Source: an uncultured Alistipes sp. (GTDB lineage Bacteria; Bacteroidota; Bacteroidia; Bacteroidales; Rikenellaceae). From it: a stretch of DNA of 64,000 bases. Made by a program: the position numbers and the translations under genes. The notes beneath the pieces are model-generated. The model was not told the origin of the DNA. It made no database searches and worked only from the letters and a program-made list of their open reading frames with translations. The DNA lies in the NCBI GenBank assembly GCA_944323075.1, contig CALURC010000016.1, positions 711,446 to 775,445 on the forward strand, read 5' to 3'. Each line of letters begins with the position of its first letter. The stretch's first letter is position 1. This document shows positions 1 through 9,830 of this stretch, piece after piece.

Positions 1-1
1 T

Positions 2-202
2 CAATTCGAAACATGGGGTGTAGGATGCATACGAAACCAGATCATCTATGAAACCTATCCGGAAGGAGGAACTTATACATGTTACACAACAGGATTCATA
101 GGCAGCATCAAGCCCATCGTAATAAATAGGCTCTTCACTTTGGATCTGGGAGAAACATATTGGAAACAATATTTTGAGTCAACTACAACAACTGAATTTT
201 AA
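2..202 (+). CDS. 3' end of an upstream CDS (partial), unknown product, probably part of the fimbrillin cluster
   Basis: Frame 2 is open from the window edge (QFETWGVGCIRNQIIYETYPEGG...STTTTEF) to TAA at 200-202, 20 nt before the next ATG. Not in the ORF track. Confidence 0.6.
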   Translation, partial: QFETWGVGCIRNQIIYETYPEGGTYTCYTTGFIGSIKPIVINRLFTLDLGETYWKQYFESTTTTEF

Positions 203-222
203 AAATATTAAAACCATAAAAA

Positions 223-1092
223 ATGAGAAACGCGTATTACATACTGGTGATTTCCACCATATTAACCACAAGCAGTTGCCAAAAAGAGAACGACGGCATA
301 TCAACCACTGCACCCAACAAAAAAATAGAGATCAACACTTCGATCGCTAATACGAGTTCCTTATCTAGCTCGGTAAAATCTCCACAGTTGAACGAAGACG
401 GTAGCGGCAATTTTGCCAATGGCGACGAAATAACACTACATGTTTTGTCTGAATCAGGGGAAGCTACCATTATCAAATACGGTGTAGGCACTACCAATTT
501 ATACTGGCGAGATATCAGTCTCAACCCCGAAGACAACAATGTCGATTTCTCGGCCTGCTTTCCCCACCAGACCCTGAGCGACGGAAAATTTACTTTTGAT
601 CTCGAGACAACACCTAATAAAGATCTTCTGTGGGCACAACGTAAAAGTATTCCTGCGGAATCGGAAGCTACTGTAGACCTGCTGTTTAAACATGTCATGC
701 ATCGACTCGTAATAAACTTTACGACACAATCCAACATTGAGATTGATCAAATAAATACAGTATGTACAGCAAAATCGACCTGCGAGGTGAATCTTCATAC
801 TCAGTCTTTAGACAACAGCTCTTCAAACTATGCCGATTTTTCAGCATCCGGTCCAAAGGCTGTTTTCATGATCATTCCTCAAAAGGTCTCGGATGTCTCC
901 TTATTCGTAACTGTAGGACAGATGTCAAAACAATTTGCCCTCAGTGACCTTGTCACAGAGCATGACAATCTGGGAAGCGGGATGCAATTAACCGTTAACC
1001 TCACGGTAAAAGATGGAAGTATCGTACTCGAAGGGAGCCCCATTGATCAATGGGGCGACCAAGGAACAATCGACGGAGAAATAATTCTATAG
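223..1092 (+). CDS. Fimbrillin-family (Mfa1-like, type V pilin) lipoprotein
   Basis: Lipobox LTTSS-C followed by QKEND. Pilin-like motifs F.NGDEI.L, FSACFP, DLLWA, LLFKHVMHRLVINF. C-terminal IDQWGDQGTIDGEI strand. Confidence 0.8.
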   Translation: MRNAYYILVISTILTTSSCQKENDGISTTAPNKKIEINTSIANTSSLSSSVKSPQLNEDGSGNFANGDEITLHVLSESGEATIIKYGVGTTNLYWRDISLNPEDNNVDFSACFPHQTLSDGKFTFDLETTPNKDLLWAQRKSIPAESEATVDLLFKHVMHRLVINFTTQSNIEIDQINTVCTAKSTCEVNLHTQSLDNSSSNYADFSASGPKAVFMIIPQKVSDVSLFVTVGQMSKQFALSDLVTEHDNLGSGMQLTVNLTVKDGSIVLEGSPIDQWGDQGTIDGEIIL

Positions 1093-1114
1093 AATTACCT
1101 ACATAATTAATAAT

Positions 1115-1144
1115 TTGCGGCATTCGGAAATTCGGATGCCGCAA
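1115..1144. terminator. Intrinsic terminator hairpin after the fimbrillin gene
   Basis: TTGCGGCATTCGG-AAATT-CGGATGCCGCAA inverted repeat, 23 nt after the stop codon. Confidence 0.7.
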
Positions 1145-1876
1145 TAATATAAACTAAACTGCATCAACTATTATTTTTCCAAAAACATCTTGTGAAAGTT
1201 TCAAAATTCCAGAATAGCTTCACTAAGTTCTCCATATCAGCCAAAAACTTCCCATCAAATCATGCTTATCCTCTACCTCTACACCAGAAATGTGTTTTTG
1301 ATCTCTTTGTGTCGCCAAAATTATGTCCTTGACAATATTTGATTTCATTAATATATTGTGAGCATTGAAAGCATACAGTCTGTTTGTACCGATCAGCTTG
1401 TAAATTTCTAATAATGAAATTATCTCAATGCTTCCTTTGACATCAAAGTTTTCAAGTATCACTCTTCAACCCACCTATTAACAGACTGACACACATATTT
1501 GGTTTGGCAGGCAACATTTTGAGAGAAATGCGTATCTAATAATAACACATACAGAGCAAGATGTAGTAACTATAGGACAAGCCTAAATAGCATCAAGAAA
1601 GTCTTTTAAACCACAACAATAGACAATAATAAATACTATACTCATAACTTCACACCCAAAATCACACCTTCGCTTTTCACTCATGACCATGTTAACACAT
1701 GGTTTTAAACTATACGAAACAAACAACTAATCAAAAAAAGTTGATCCTCACAACTCTGTATTGTGTCTTAATTGATATAACAATCACCCAATATGCATCA
1801 AAATGTAATCTTTTATCAACAAGCCTTTATGTATAAAAACAAAATACACTCAAAACTCATACACCTAATACGTTAT

Positions 1877-3049
1877 TCAAGACAGACAAGAATCATTTAC
1901 TCGAAGTTCCTCCACAATGCGTTTACAAGCTAAGCCATCGCCATAAGGATTCACTGCCTTACTCATATTTTCGTAATATATATCATCTTCCAACAATCGG
2001 GAAACTTCATGCACAATTTTATCGTAATCTGTACCAACTAATTTAACAGTTCCCGCTTCTAGCGCTTCCGGACGTTCCGTCGTATCACGCATAACTAACA
2101 CAGGCTTTCCCAATCCAGGAGCCTCCTCTTGAATTCCACCGCTATCAGTCAGTACCAGCGTTGATTTTTCCATTAGATAGACAAACGAAAGATACTCGAG
2201 TGGTTCGATAAAAAACATATTTCCCAAGTTTGATAAATCCTCTCCGAAAACTTCGTAAATCGGCTTCCGAACGTTTGGATTCAAGTGCATCGGATACACA
2301 AAATCCACATCAGGATACTTCTCGGTCAATGTTTTGATGGCTTTACACATTGAGATGAACCCATCGCCAAAATTTTCACGACGATGACCGGTAATCAAGA
2401 CCAGCTTTTTTCCCGCATCAAGCCGATGGATGTTATACCGGGCCTGATAGAGAATACCGACCAGTTCGGTTTGCAATTTTTTATCCTGTTGGATCTTATT
2501 GACAACCCAATACAGTGCGTCGATAACCGAATTCCCCGTTACGAAGATATGTTTTTCATCGACGCCCTCGGCAAGCAGGTTTTTTTTACTCAAGGGGGTG
2601 GGTGCAAAATGATAAGTGGCTATTCGTCCTGTCAATTGGCGGTTGATCTCTTCCGGCCACGGACTGTATATGTTGTGAGTTCTCAGTCCAGCTTCGACAT
2701 GTCCTACCGGGATCTGTTGGTAAAAAGCAGCCAATGCAGCAGCCATGGAAGTTGTCGTATCTCCATGTACCAAGACGATATCCGGGTGGCACTCTTTCAG
2801 AACGTCGCGCATTCCGATCAAAACTTTTGCGGTGACATCATACAAATCTTGCCCTTGTTTCATGATATTCAGATCATAATTGGGTTTGATATCAAAAATA
2901 TCCAACACCTGATCCAACATTTCACGATGTTGCCCCGTGACACATACTATTGTCTCGAAGTGCTCAGTATCCTTTTGCAAAGCTTTCACCAACGGTGCCA
3001 TTTTAATCGCTTCTGGACGTGTCCCAAATACAAGCATTATCTTTTTCAT
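1877..3049 (-). CDS. wecB: UDP-N-acetylglucosamine 2-epimerase (non-hydrolysing)
   Basis: [43 protein letters not shown] motifs. Confidence 0.97.
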   Translation of the reverse strand: MKKIMLVFGTRPEAIKMAPLVKALQKDTEHFETIVCVTGQHREMLDQVLDIFDIKPNYDLNIMKQGQDLYDVTAKVLIGMRDVLKECHPDIVLVHGDTTTSMAAALAAFYQQIPVGHVEAGLRTHNIYSPWPEEINRQLTGRIATYHFAPTPLSKKNLLAEGVDEKHIFVTGNSVIDALYWVVNKIQQDKKLQTELVGILYQARYNIHRLDAGKKLVLITGHRRENFGDGFISMCKAIKTLTEKYPDVDFVYPMHLNPNVRKPIYEVFGEDLSNLGNMFFIEPLEYLSFVYLMEKSTLVLTDSGGIQEEAPGLGKPVLVMRDTTERPEALEAGTVKLVGTDYDKIVHEVSRLLEDDIYYENMSKAVNPYGDGLACKRIVEELRVNDSCLS

Positions 3050-3066
3050 AAACTTATTCGTTCAAT

Positions 3067-3918
3067 TTAATCAATCAACAATTTTTCGACTTTATTCCAC
3101 TCTATCATTTCTTCGGCAGTCATAAGATCAATAAATCTAAAATCCGTAAGCCACTTTCGCATTTTTTTCTCCGCATTTTGTAGACCATAATATGATTTAA
3201 AACGTCTTAACAGACTCAAATCTGGAATCTTCGGCTGGCAATAATCCAAATCCCGAGGATGAATGTAACTTAGTAAATATCCATCAGATTCGTTAGTCCA
3301 TTTTTTTATTAGACCATATGGGAAAAAACGAAAATATCCTCCTCCCGAAAAAATTATATGTTTTCCATATATCGTTTTATATGTTATCGGAAACTCTTTT
3401 ATTTCTATCCCACCTTTACATATAATAGACGGACCTTTTGCTGAATAGGTTGCCATTCCTCCATGAGCATGATGTGCAGGGAATATTGAACAGTCAATCG
3501 TTATTCCTAGTTCATGTAAAATTTCAAAAGCCCATACTTCTGATTCCCGGATAGAGAAACCCGGAGCCCGAAAAGCCTCAACCTTTTGGCCACTAATATC
3601 TTCTAACAATTTAATCGATGAGGATACATCTTCCTTAAATTCGGCGACGGACTGCTGCCAAACCAATTGATGATTCATCGTATGGCTTCCTATCTGATAT
3701 TTAGCAGCAATTTCCCTAACAACATCTGGATAATTTTTTGCAACCCACCCTATTATAAAAAAGGTCGCTTTTGTATTGGTATCCTCCAAAATACGGAAAA
3801 TACGTTCCATATTTTGATAGATACGCACTTCATAATTCCGCCATTGTGTTTCAGAACGTGTGGAATCATTATCCAAAAGATGGAACCACTCTTCTACATC
3901 AATTGTCAAAATATTCAT
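3067..3918 (-). CDS. Polysaccharide deacetylase (NodB/CE4-like, DUF3473-type)
   Basis: LTIDVEEW, ATFFIIG, IGSH, FRAPGFS, GGGYFR, YIHPRD motifs. Confidence 0.9.
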   Translation of the reverse strand: MNILTIDVEEWFHLLDNDSTRSETQWRNYEVRIYQNMERIFRILEDTNTKATFFIIGWVAKNYPDVVREIAAKYQIGSHTMNHQLVWQQSVAEFKEDVSSSIKLLEDISGQKVEAFRAPGFSIRESEVWAFEILHELGITIDCSIFPAHHAHGGMATYSAKGPSIICKGGIEIKEFPITYKTIYGKHIIFSGGGYFRFFPYGLIKKWTNESDGYLLSYIHPRDLDYCQPKIPDLSLLRRFKSYYGLQNAEKKMRKWLTDFRFIDLMTAEEMIEWNKVEKLLID

Positions 3919-4889
3919 TACCTTACATCATAATTAAGTAACCCAAAATCCCACTTATCAAAATCGAGCATATCTTTATGAATTTCATCATCTTTTATTA
4001 GCAAATCACAAGTTAAAGGTAATGATTTCGGTTCAAAGTTTTGTGGAATACAAAGGAAAAGTGTCTGGAATAATTTCAGCGGGCCCACATAGAGAATTAA
4101 ATCAACTTTATGTTCTTTTAAAATTGAAAATACGCCCTTATATAAGGATAAGAAACTCATCCTTTTTTTTTGCCTAGAATAAATCAAATATGCTGTCCTA
4201 ACGCCCTGTTCATCTACTATCCGAAAACAATTCATGCAATTTCTATGATGTATCTGCACATAATCATCATGTGAGAAACGGCCTTGGAGAAAGGATTCAT
4301 CATCTACTATCTCATACTGAAATTTTTTTTGGCTACTCCTACACAACGCACTAAGAACAAAAGATATACTCACAGCTATATATACGTATATCAAAGAACA
4401 CACATTGAGTAACTTACTTTTACGCATAATATTACCCACTCGGACTGGCATTCCCCAATATTTAATCATTCCAACATCTTGCCATTTTACAACATTCTTC
4501 CAATATGAATAAGCTGTTTCATTAGGTACCGCCATTACTGACACAATCCTTTTCTCAATCAATAGTGTCGTTAATCTTTTATACATTCTTCGAAGCGTAA
4601 AAGGATCGCTCCGATAATCTTCCAATATAAAAACATCTGCAGCCAAGCCTATTTTTATCAACTCATCTTCATTGTGTCTATACCAATATGGAATAACAGA
4701 TATATTCCCCACAACCTTATCTTCATGCAATAACAATGCATGATACGATTGCCTGTCGCAAACAGAAAGATATTTATTATTAAAATAATCCTTTGTGAAT
4801 CCTTTATGAAATATGGCTTCGAAACTTGAGACAAAACTTTCCCATTCACAATAGGACCATTCTTGTGTACTACAAATTTTTATTTCCAT
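3918..4889 (-). CDS. GNAT/FemAB-like acyltransferase
   Basis: GNAT-like segment KIGLAADVFILEDYR and MAVPNETAYSYW. Stop overlaps the deacetylase start (TAATG). Confidence 0.6.
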   Translation of the reverse strand: MEIKICSTQEWSYCEWESFVSSFEAIFHKGFTKDYFNNKYLSVCDRQSYHALLLHEDKVVGNISVIPYWYRHNEDELIKIGLAADVFILEDYRSDPFTLRRMYKRLTTLLIEKRIVSVMAVPNETAYSYWKNVVKWQDVGMIKYWGMPVRVGNIMRKSKLLNVCSLIYVYIAVSISFVLSALCRSSQKKFQYEIVDDESFLQGRFSHDDYVQIHHRNCMNCFRIVDEQGVRTAYLIYSRQKKRMSFLSLYKGVFSILKEHKVDLILYVGPLKLFQTLFLCIPQNFEPKSLPLTCDLLIKDDEIHKDMLDFDKWDFGLLNYDVR

Positions 4890-4891
4890 CT

Positions 4892-5620
4892 TTAAATCGT
4901 ACCTGAATCCACATATACATTCTGGCCTGTAATAGACCTTGAAAGATCCGATAACAAAAATCTAATTGTCGCTGCAACTGACTTCGTCGTTGTAGGGGTT
5001 TTCATAGATGTTCGTTTGTATATTCTATTTTTCTGATCCTCTGTCAAAGTTGCACTCATATCCGTCTCCATAAAACCTGCGACCAATATATTTGAACGAA
5101 TACCTTTTTCTCCCCATTCTCTAGCTGTATTTTTTGAAAATGCTTCTAATGCTCCTTTACTAGACGCATACATAGCCAAACCCTTATACCCCGTATGTAC
5201 ACTTATGGATGAGACATGCACTATACTCCCTTTTACTTGATGCAATAAAAAATGACGAATGACATATTTCGTCACAAACATCGGAGTAAAAACGTTTACT
5301 TTATACATATCTAACAAAGGTTCATAATTCAAGTTCGTTACAATATCATCATAAGCGACTGCTGCATTATTTACAAAACCATGTATTGGTGTTTGAATTC
5401 CAATGAAGTCTTTAAAAATTCTTGCACGTACATGATCCACATCATTTAAATCATACGACATCCATTTTAACCGAAATGGATACTGATCCATCAAATTTAC
5501 CAATCCTTGACTTTTAGATCGACTTATTCCATACACAACCGTATCCTCTTCTTCTAATATAGATTTTACAATCTCTAGTCCCAAACCTCTTGAAACACCC
5601 GTTATCAATATATTTCTCAT
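4892..5620 (-). CDS. SDR oxidoreductase, FabG-like
   Basis: TGVSRGLG, NNAAV, catalytic YASSK, GFMETDM. Confidence 0.9.
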   Translation of the reverse strand: MRNILITGVSRGLGLEIVKSILEEEDTVVYGISRSKSQGLVNLMDQYPFRLKWMSYDLNDVDHVRARIFKDFIGIQTPIHGFVNNAAVAYDDIVTNLNYEPLLDMYKVNVFTPMFVTKYVIRHFLLHQVKGSIVHVSSISVHTGYKGLAMYASSKGALEAFSKNTAREWGEKGIRSNILVAGFMETDMSATLTEDQKNRIYKRTSMKTPTTTKSVAATIRFLLSDLSRSITGQNVYVDSGTI

Positions 5621-6861
5621 AATCTATCCCTCGTAATTTTTCCAGTTCTGGTCACCTCTAATTTATCTACAAATTTAATAATTCTCGGAATTTTAAACTC
5701 CTGTAATCTTTGAGACAAATACAACCTAATATCTTTCTCTTTTAATAATACTGATTCCGATACTATATTACAACATATGATGTTACCTAATATGCTGTTT
5801 CTTTTCGCATAAACCACTACATCACTTACTCCTGGATAGCTTCTTATCATATCTTCGACTTCATGCGGATTTACTTTATATCCTCCAACATTAATCATTT
5901 CATTTTTCCGCGATATAAACTTAAATGTAAATGGACATTCCGAAACAACTGAAATTAAATCACCGGTCGGATACCAATCTCCCTGAAGTTTTATACTGTC
6001 AGAAAACCCCACTAAATCCCGATGAATATAGAGTTCACTACCAACTATCTTAAAAAGATTCTCCATTCCCTGTTTTATTTGGAACACATCTCCTTTCGCC
6101 GCAAATAATGTTCCTGCTTCCGTTGATGCATAGACATTTATCAACTTTGCATTTGGGAAAGCTGTCAACAAATTGTACTGTGTTCTGGCATCAAATTTTT
6201 CTCCACCAGACGTCAACCGCACAACACTACCATAAGATTTTTCAACAGGCAAAAGAAGCCTATAAAAAGTCGGAGTAGCAGAAATATTAGTAATACCATA
6301 CTCCTCAATTAATGTATATATCTCTTCTCTTGAGTATGAAAATATTCGGATAATCGTATTACAATTCAATAATGCCTGAAAAAAAACTTGTAGGCCAGCC
6401 ATATGGGTTGGATTATATGCAAACCCCCATATATCATTGATATGGTTTCCCGATTTTTTAACTTGTCGGGTTATTGATGCGAATGTATGGGAAATCCGTT
6501 TGGGCAAACCCGTTGTCCCTGATGTAAACAATGTTATTCTCCAATTATGTAGTTGTGTTCCCTTCAATATTCGTTCTAAATCAAAGGAATAATTGGATAA
6601 ATCAATCTTTTCTTCCGAACGTTCAATCAAAGAACTATCTTCAATCAATTTTTCCACCTCTGATATGGAAAAATCTGAATCCAATAATATAATTTCTTTA
6701 TCAAGAATTAAAGATAATACTATTCGTTTGAAGATTTCATAATAGGAATGTTCGAAGCAATATTTGTTATAAGAACGTGACTGCTTTATATCCGAATATA
6801 AATCCTCATATGATTTGTAGATGTTTTCTCTCTTATCTACAAAGAAAAGCTTTTGCACCAT
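5617..6861 (-). CDS. ANL-family adenylating enzyme (acyl-ACP/CoA ligase), short N-terminus
   Basis: FTSGTTGLPK AMP-binding loop, YASTEAG, TGDL, GGYKVNPHEVE, FKIP C-terminal motif. Confidence 0.9.
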   Translation of the reverse strand: MVQKLFFVDKRENIYKSYEDLYSDIKQSRSYNKYCFEHSYYEIFKRIVLSLILDKEIILLDSDFSISEVEKLIEDSSLIERSEEKIDLSNYSFDLERILKGTQLHNWRITLFTSGTTGLPKRISHTFASITRQVKKSGNHINDIWGFAYNPTHMAGLQVFFQALLNCNTIIRIFSYSREEIYTLIEEYGITNISATPTFYRLLLPVEKSYGSVVRLTSGGEKFDARTQYNLLTAFPNAKLINVYASTEAGTLFAAKGDVFQIKQGMENLFKIVGSELYIHRDLVGFSDSIKLQGDWYPTGDLISVVSECPFTFKFISRKNEMINVGGYKVNPHEVEDMIRSYPGVSDVVVYAKRNSILGNIICCNIVSESVLLKEKDIRLYLSQRLQEFKIPRIIKFVDKLEVTRTGKITRDRL

Positions 6862-7079
6862 TACATGATTTTTTTTGTTATATCTCCAATAGTCATAACC
6901 ACCCCATCTTCAAATATATCAACATCATATTCTGCTTCAATCCTTACTGTCAATTCTGCCAAATCCAAAGAATCAAACCCCAAATCATTTCTCAAATTTG
7001 TATCCGGATTGATATCATCCACAATGTTTTTACCACGATTTTCCAAAATCGTATTGACAATCTGTAACAAGCGCTCCAT
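6861..7079 (-). CDS. Acyl carrier protein
   Basis: 72 aa acidic protein with the GFDSLDLAEL phosphopantetheine motif. Confidence 0.9.
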   Translation of the reverse strand: MERLLQIVNTILENRGKNIVDDINPDTNLRNDLGFDSLDLAELTVRIEAEYDVDIFEDGVVMTIGDITKKIM

Positions 7080-7085
7080 AATCTT

Positions 7086-7784
7086 TTAATATTTATTTAA
7101 GTACAAATTAATCCAAAATGGCAATGCCTTAATGTAGCGTTTAATTTTATACGGCTGTTTGAATAGTCTATAAGCTCCTTCTAAGTTATGATCAATCCAC
7201 CATTGCGGAGCCCGTTTTACATGTCCTGTATACACATCAAAGCTTCCTCCTAACCCCTGGTATATAGCATTATGCCTACGTTGCATCTCCTCCATAAGAA
7301 GCTCTTGTTTCGGTGACCCCATTGCAACAAATATCACATCTGGTTTCTTCTTTTCAACATCCTCAATTAATTTCAACCTCTCCTCGTTCGTTCTAATATA
7401 ACCATCTCTATAACCAACTATTCGAATGCCTTTAAACTCTTGTCTCAATTTAGATACAGTTTCATTAATAACCTCCGGCCTAGCGCCTACCAAATAAAAG
7501 CTTTTCTTTTTGTGGTAAGCATCTACTATTTTCAGCCACAATTCACAACCTGGTATTTTACATGAATCTTTATATCCTTTTTTTCTTAGAGCCAACATCG
7601 CTCCGACTCCGTCACAATATCCGATATTTCTATTAATGATAGCTCTTGTCTGATCGGTTGCATGCAGAATCTTATCTGCATTTATTGCAACAAGAATACC
7701 CTTATGAACATCTATATATTTCAACAACTGTTGTGCTGAATTATAAGGATACACTTTTACTCCATTTAGTGATACCGCCTCCAT
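7086..7784 (-). CDS. WecG/TagA/CpsF-family glycosyltransferase (probable ManNAcA transferase)
   Basis: YCDGVG, KIPGCEL, GYRDGY, VAMGSPKQE, GLGGSFDV, RAPQW. ATG at 7784 preferred over the GTG at 7823. Confidence 0.9.
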   Translation of the reverse strand: MEAVSLNGVKVYPYNSAQQLLKYIDVHKGILVAINADKILHATDQTRAIINRNIGYCDGVGAMLALRKKGYKDSCKIPGCELWLKIVDAYHKKKSFYLVGARPEVINETVSKLRQEFKGIRIVGYRDGYIRTNEERLKLIEDVEKKKPDVIFVAMGSPKQELLMEEMQRRHNAIYQGLGGSFDVYTGHVKRAPQWWIDHNLEGAYRLFKQPYKIKRYIKALPFWINLYLNKY

Positions 7785-8173
7785 ATTTATCAAATGTTCG
7801 CCTCTTCTTTTTATAATACTCACAACTATTCTAATTTGTATATCCCTTTTCAGTTTTTATAACTCAACGATTACTTTTGTTCAAAAAATCTCCTTTACTC
7901 CAACTATCGAGACAAATACCATTATACAATGATACAAATATACATACTAATTTCATCTTGTTGGTTCCATGGCCAGCTTAGGTCCACACTCGTGTATCCA
8001 AACAATAAATATCTACCCATTTTTATACTATCAATACTTTATCCCTTATTTTAAATACTATACCACACAAAATTCACAGCATTCTCCCAATATACAATAA
8101 TAAATAGAACAATCAGAGCATCTACAAATAAATAATTATTTTTACGCACTCCTTTTTTTATTCAAAATATTCA

Positions 8174-8599
8174 TCACTCAACTAAATGACCATATTTACC
8201 AGTATGGATACCCACTCGAATTACTCGAGCTGGATTTCCTGCGACAATACAATTTGAAGGAACGGACTTAGTTACAACACTCCCTGCTCCAACCACAACT
8301 TCATTCCCAATCCGTACACCACACATAATAATTGCATTAACCCCAATAAAACAGTTATCTCCAATATATGTGTTTGTATGTATATGTCTAGCAAAATCAT
8401 GACTAAAAATAACGGCACCAGAAGCGATGTATGAACTTTTCCCAATATGAATTCCTCTTGGATTTGTTTTATCTAGCCTCGCCCCCAAAGAGATCCTTGC
8501 TGTACGCTCAATATCCATGTGATAGATTCTTCTATAAAACAAATGACAGAAGAAAAGTACTAACAAACGAATGGATTCACGAGCTTTAACAATAATCAT
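8174..8599 (-). CDS. Hexapeptide-repeat (LbH) O-acyltransferase
   Basis: IGDNCFIGVNAIIMCGVRIGNEVVVGAGSVVTKSVPSNCIVAGNPARVIR. Confidence 0.9.
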   Translation of the reverse strand: MIIVKARESIRLLVLFFCHLFYRRIYHMDIERTARISLGARLDKTNPRGIHIGKSSYIASGAVIFSHDFARHIHTNTYIGDNCFIGVNAIIMCGVRIGNEVVVGAGSVVTKSVPSNCIVAGNPARVIRVGIHTGKYGHLVE

Positions 8600-8743
8600 A
8601 ATTTAAAGAATTTGACAGATTGTATTAATATTTACATTCAAAAAAACTAAAAATCATTTTATTAATCAACCACTATCACCACATTAACACCTTAAACAAA
8701 TTCACTTTACAACCCCGATTATTCTTATAACACCAATTTTATA

Positions 8744-9823
8744 TTATAATGTTCGTAAATAATCATATAATTTATCCATAATATAATCTGTATCATATTT
8801 TAAAGATGATTTCCTTGCATTACCCGAAATAATATTTTTTTCACTATCTGTAAGATTATAATAACAATCTATCCTATCAATCAGACTAGAGATATCCCCT
8901 GTACTAAAAAAAAGACCATTTTTCCTATCCTCAATATAATCGGTAGGTCCATGAGAATCACTTGCTATAACAGGAATACCACAGGCCATTGCTTCAAGTC
9001 CGACCAGACCTAAAGATTCCTCTTTCCGAGTAGAAGGAAATATAAAACAATCCATCTGAGAAAATATAGAAGGAAGTTTATCATGTGGAATAGGTCCTAT
9101 ATAATCAACAATATTACTAAGATCCAATTGAGAAATCAGCTCTAACATCTCCTTGGTTTCTCCCCCTCTTCCTGCAATAATACCTCTAATATTTCCATAT
9201 CTTTGTCTCATATTATTTACTGCATTAAGAAATAAATCCCATCCTTTACCTTTATCTATTCTTGACACAAAACCCAGAACAAACATCTCTCGATCTTTTC
9301 GATTATTTAAAGGAGAAAACAAAGTTGTATTAACTCCTCCAGATGGAGAAACAAATATTTTTCCCGCAGGATAATCTGGCAAGAACTTAATTATTTCTTT
9401 TTTAAAATAATTTGAAGGAGAAACTATGGATATAGCCTGATTCAATATAGGTTTTGACAGTTTGCGAAGATACGACGCCTTTCCTCCTCCTAACAAATCT
9501 GCACCGTGTGTATTGAAAACCAATGGAAGTTTTTTAAAAATCGATACAAATTTTATCGGAATAATAGGATAAGTAATAGTATGAACATATATTAAATCAT
9601 ATCGGAAAAACAATAACACAAACAGACTCCTAAAATAAAAAATAAAATATTTATACACTTTCCCTATAACATTTTTACTTCTACCTTTAATAGCGATTAA
9701 TTCTGTTTTCCCTGATCGATTCTTCTTTACAATTGAATCCATAAACTCTTTAACAAAAGTTCCATAAACAGGATCTTTTGTTGAAGGATACATATTAGAG
9801 ATTACAAGTATCTTCATTATCAT
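8744..9823 (-). CDS. Glycosyltransferase family 4
   Basis: EESLGLVGLEAMACGIPVIAS (EX7E), FVSRIDKGKG. Confidence 0.92.
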   Translation of the reverse strand: MIMKILVISNMYPSTKDPVYGTFVKEFMDSIVKKNRSGKTELIAIKGRSKNVIGKVYKYFIFYFRSLFVLLFFRYDLIYVHTITYPIIPIKFVSIFKKLPLVFNTHGADLLGGGKASYLRKLSKPILNQAISIVSPSNYFKKEIIKFLPDYPAGKIFVSPSGGVNTTLFSPLNNRKDREMFVLGFVSRIDKGKGWDLFLNAVNNMRQRYGNIRGIIAGRGGETKEMLELISQLDLSNIVDYIGPIPHDKLPSIFSQMDCFIFPSTRKEESLGLVGLEAMACGIPVIASDSHGPTDYIEDRKNGLFFSTGDISSLIDRIDCYYNLTDSEKNIISGNARKSSLKYDTDYIMDKLYDYLRTL

Positions 9824-9830
9824 CTAAATA

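Noticed and set aside
1223-1462. 79-aa minus-strand ORF as a real gene
   Set aside because: GTG start directly after an in-frame stop, no recognisable domain; not listed as a CDS.
2384-3070. 228-aa ORF antisense to wecB (also 39294..40250, 40520..41302, 50030..50785, 52531..53247, 55447..56391)
   Set aside because: Shadow ORFs opposite well-supported genes, with no recognisable motifs.
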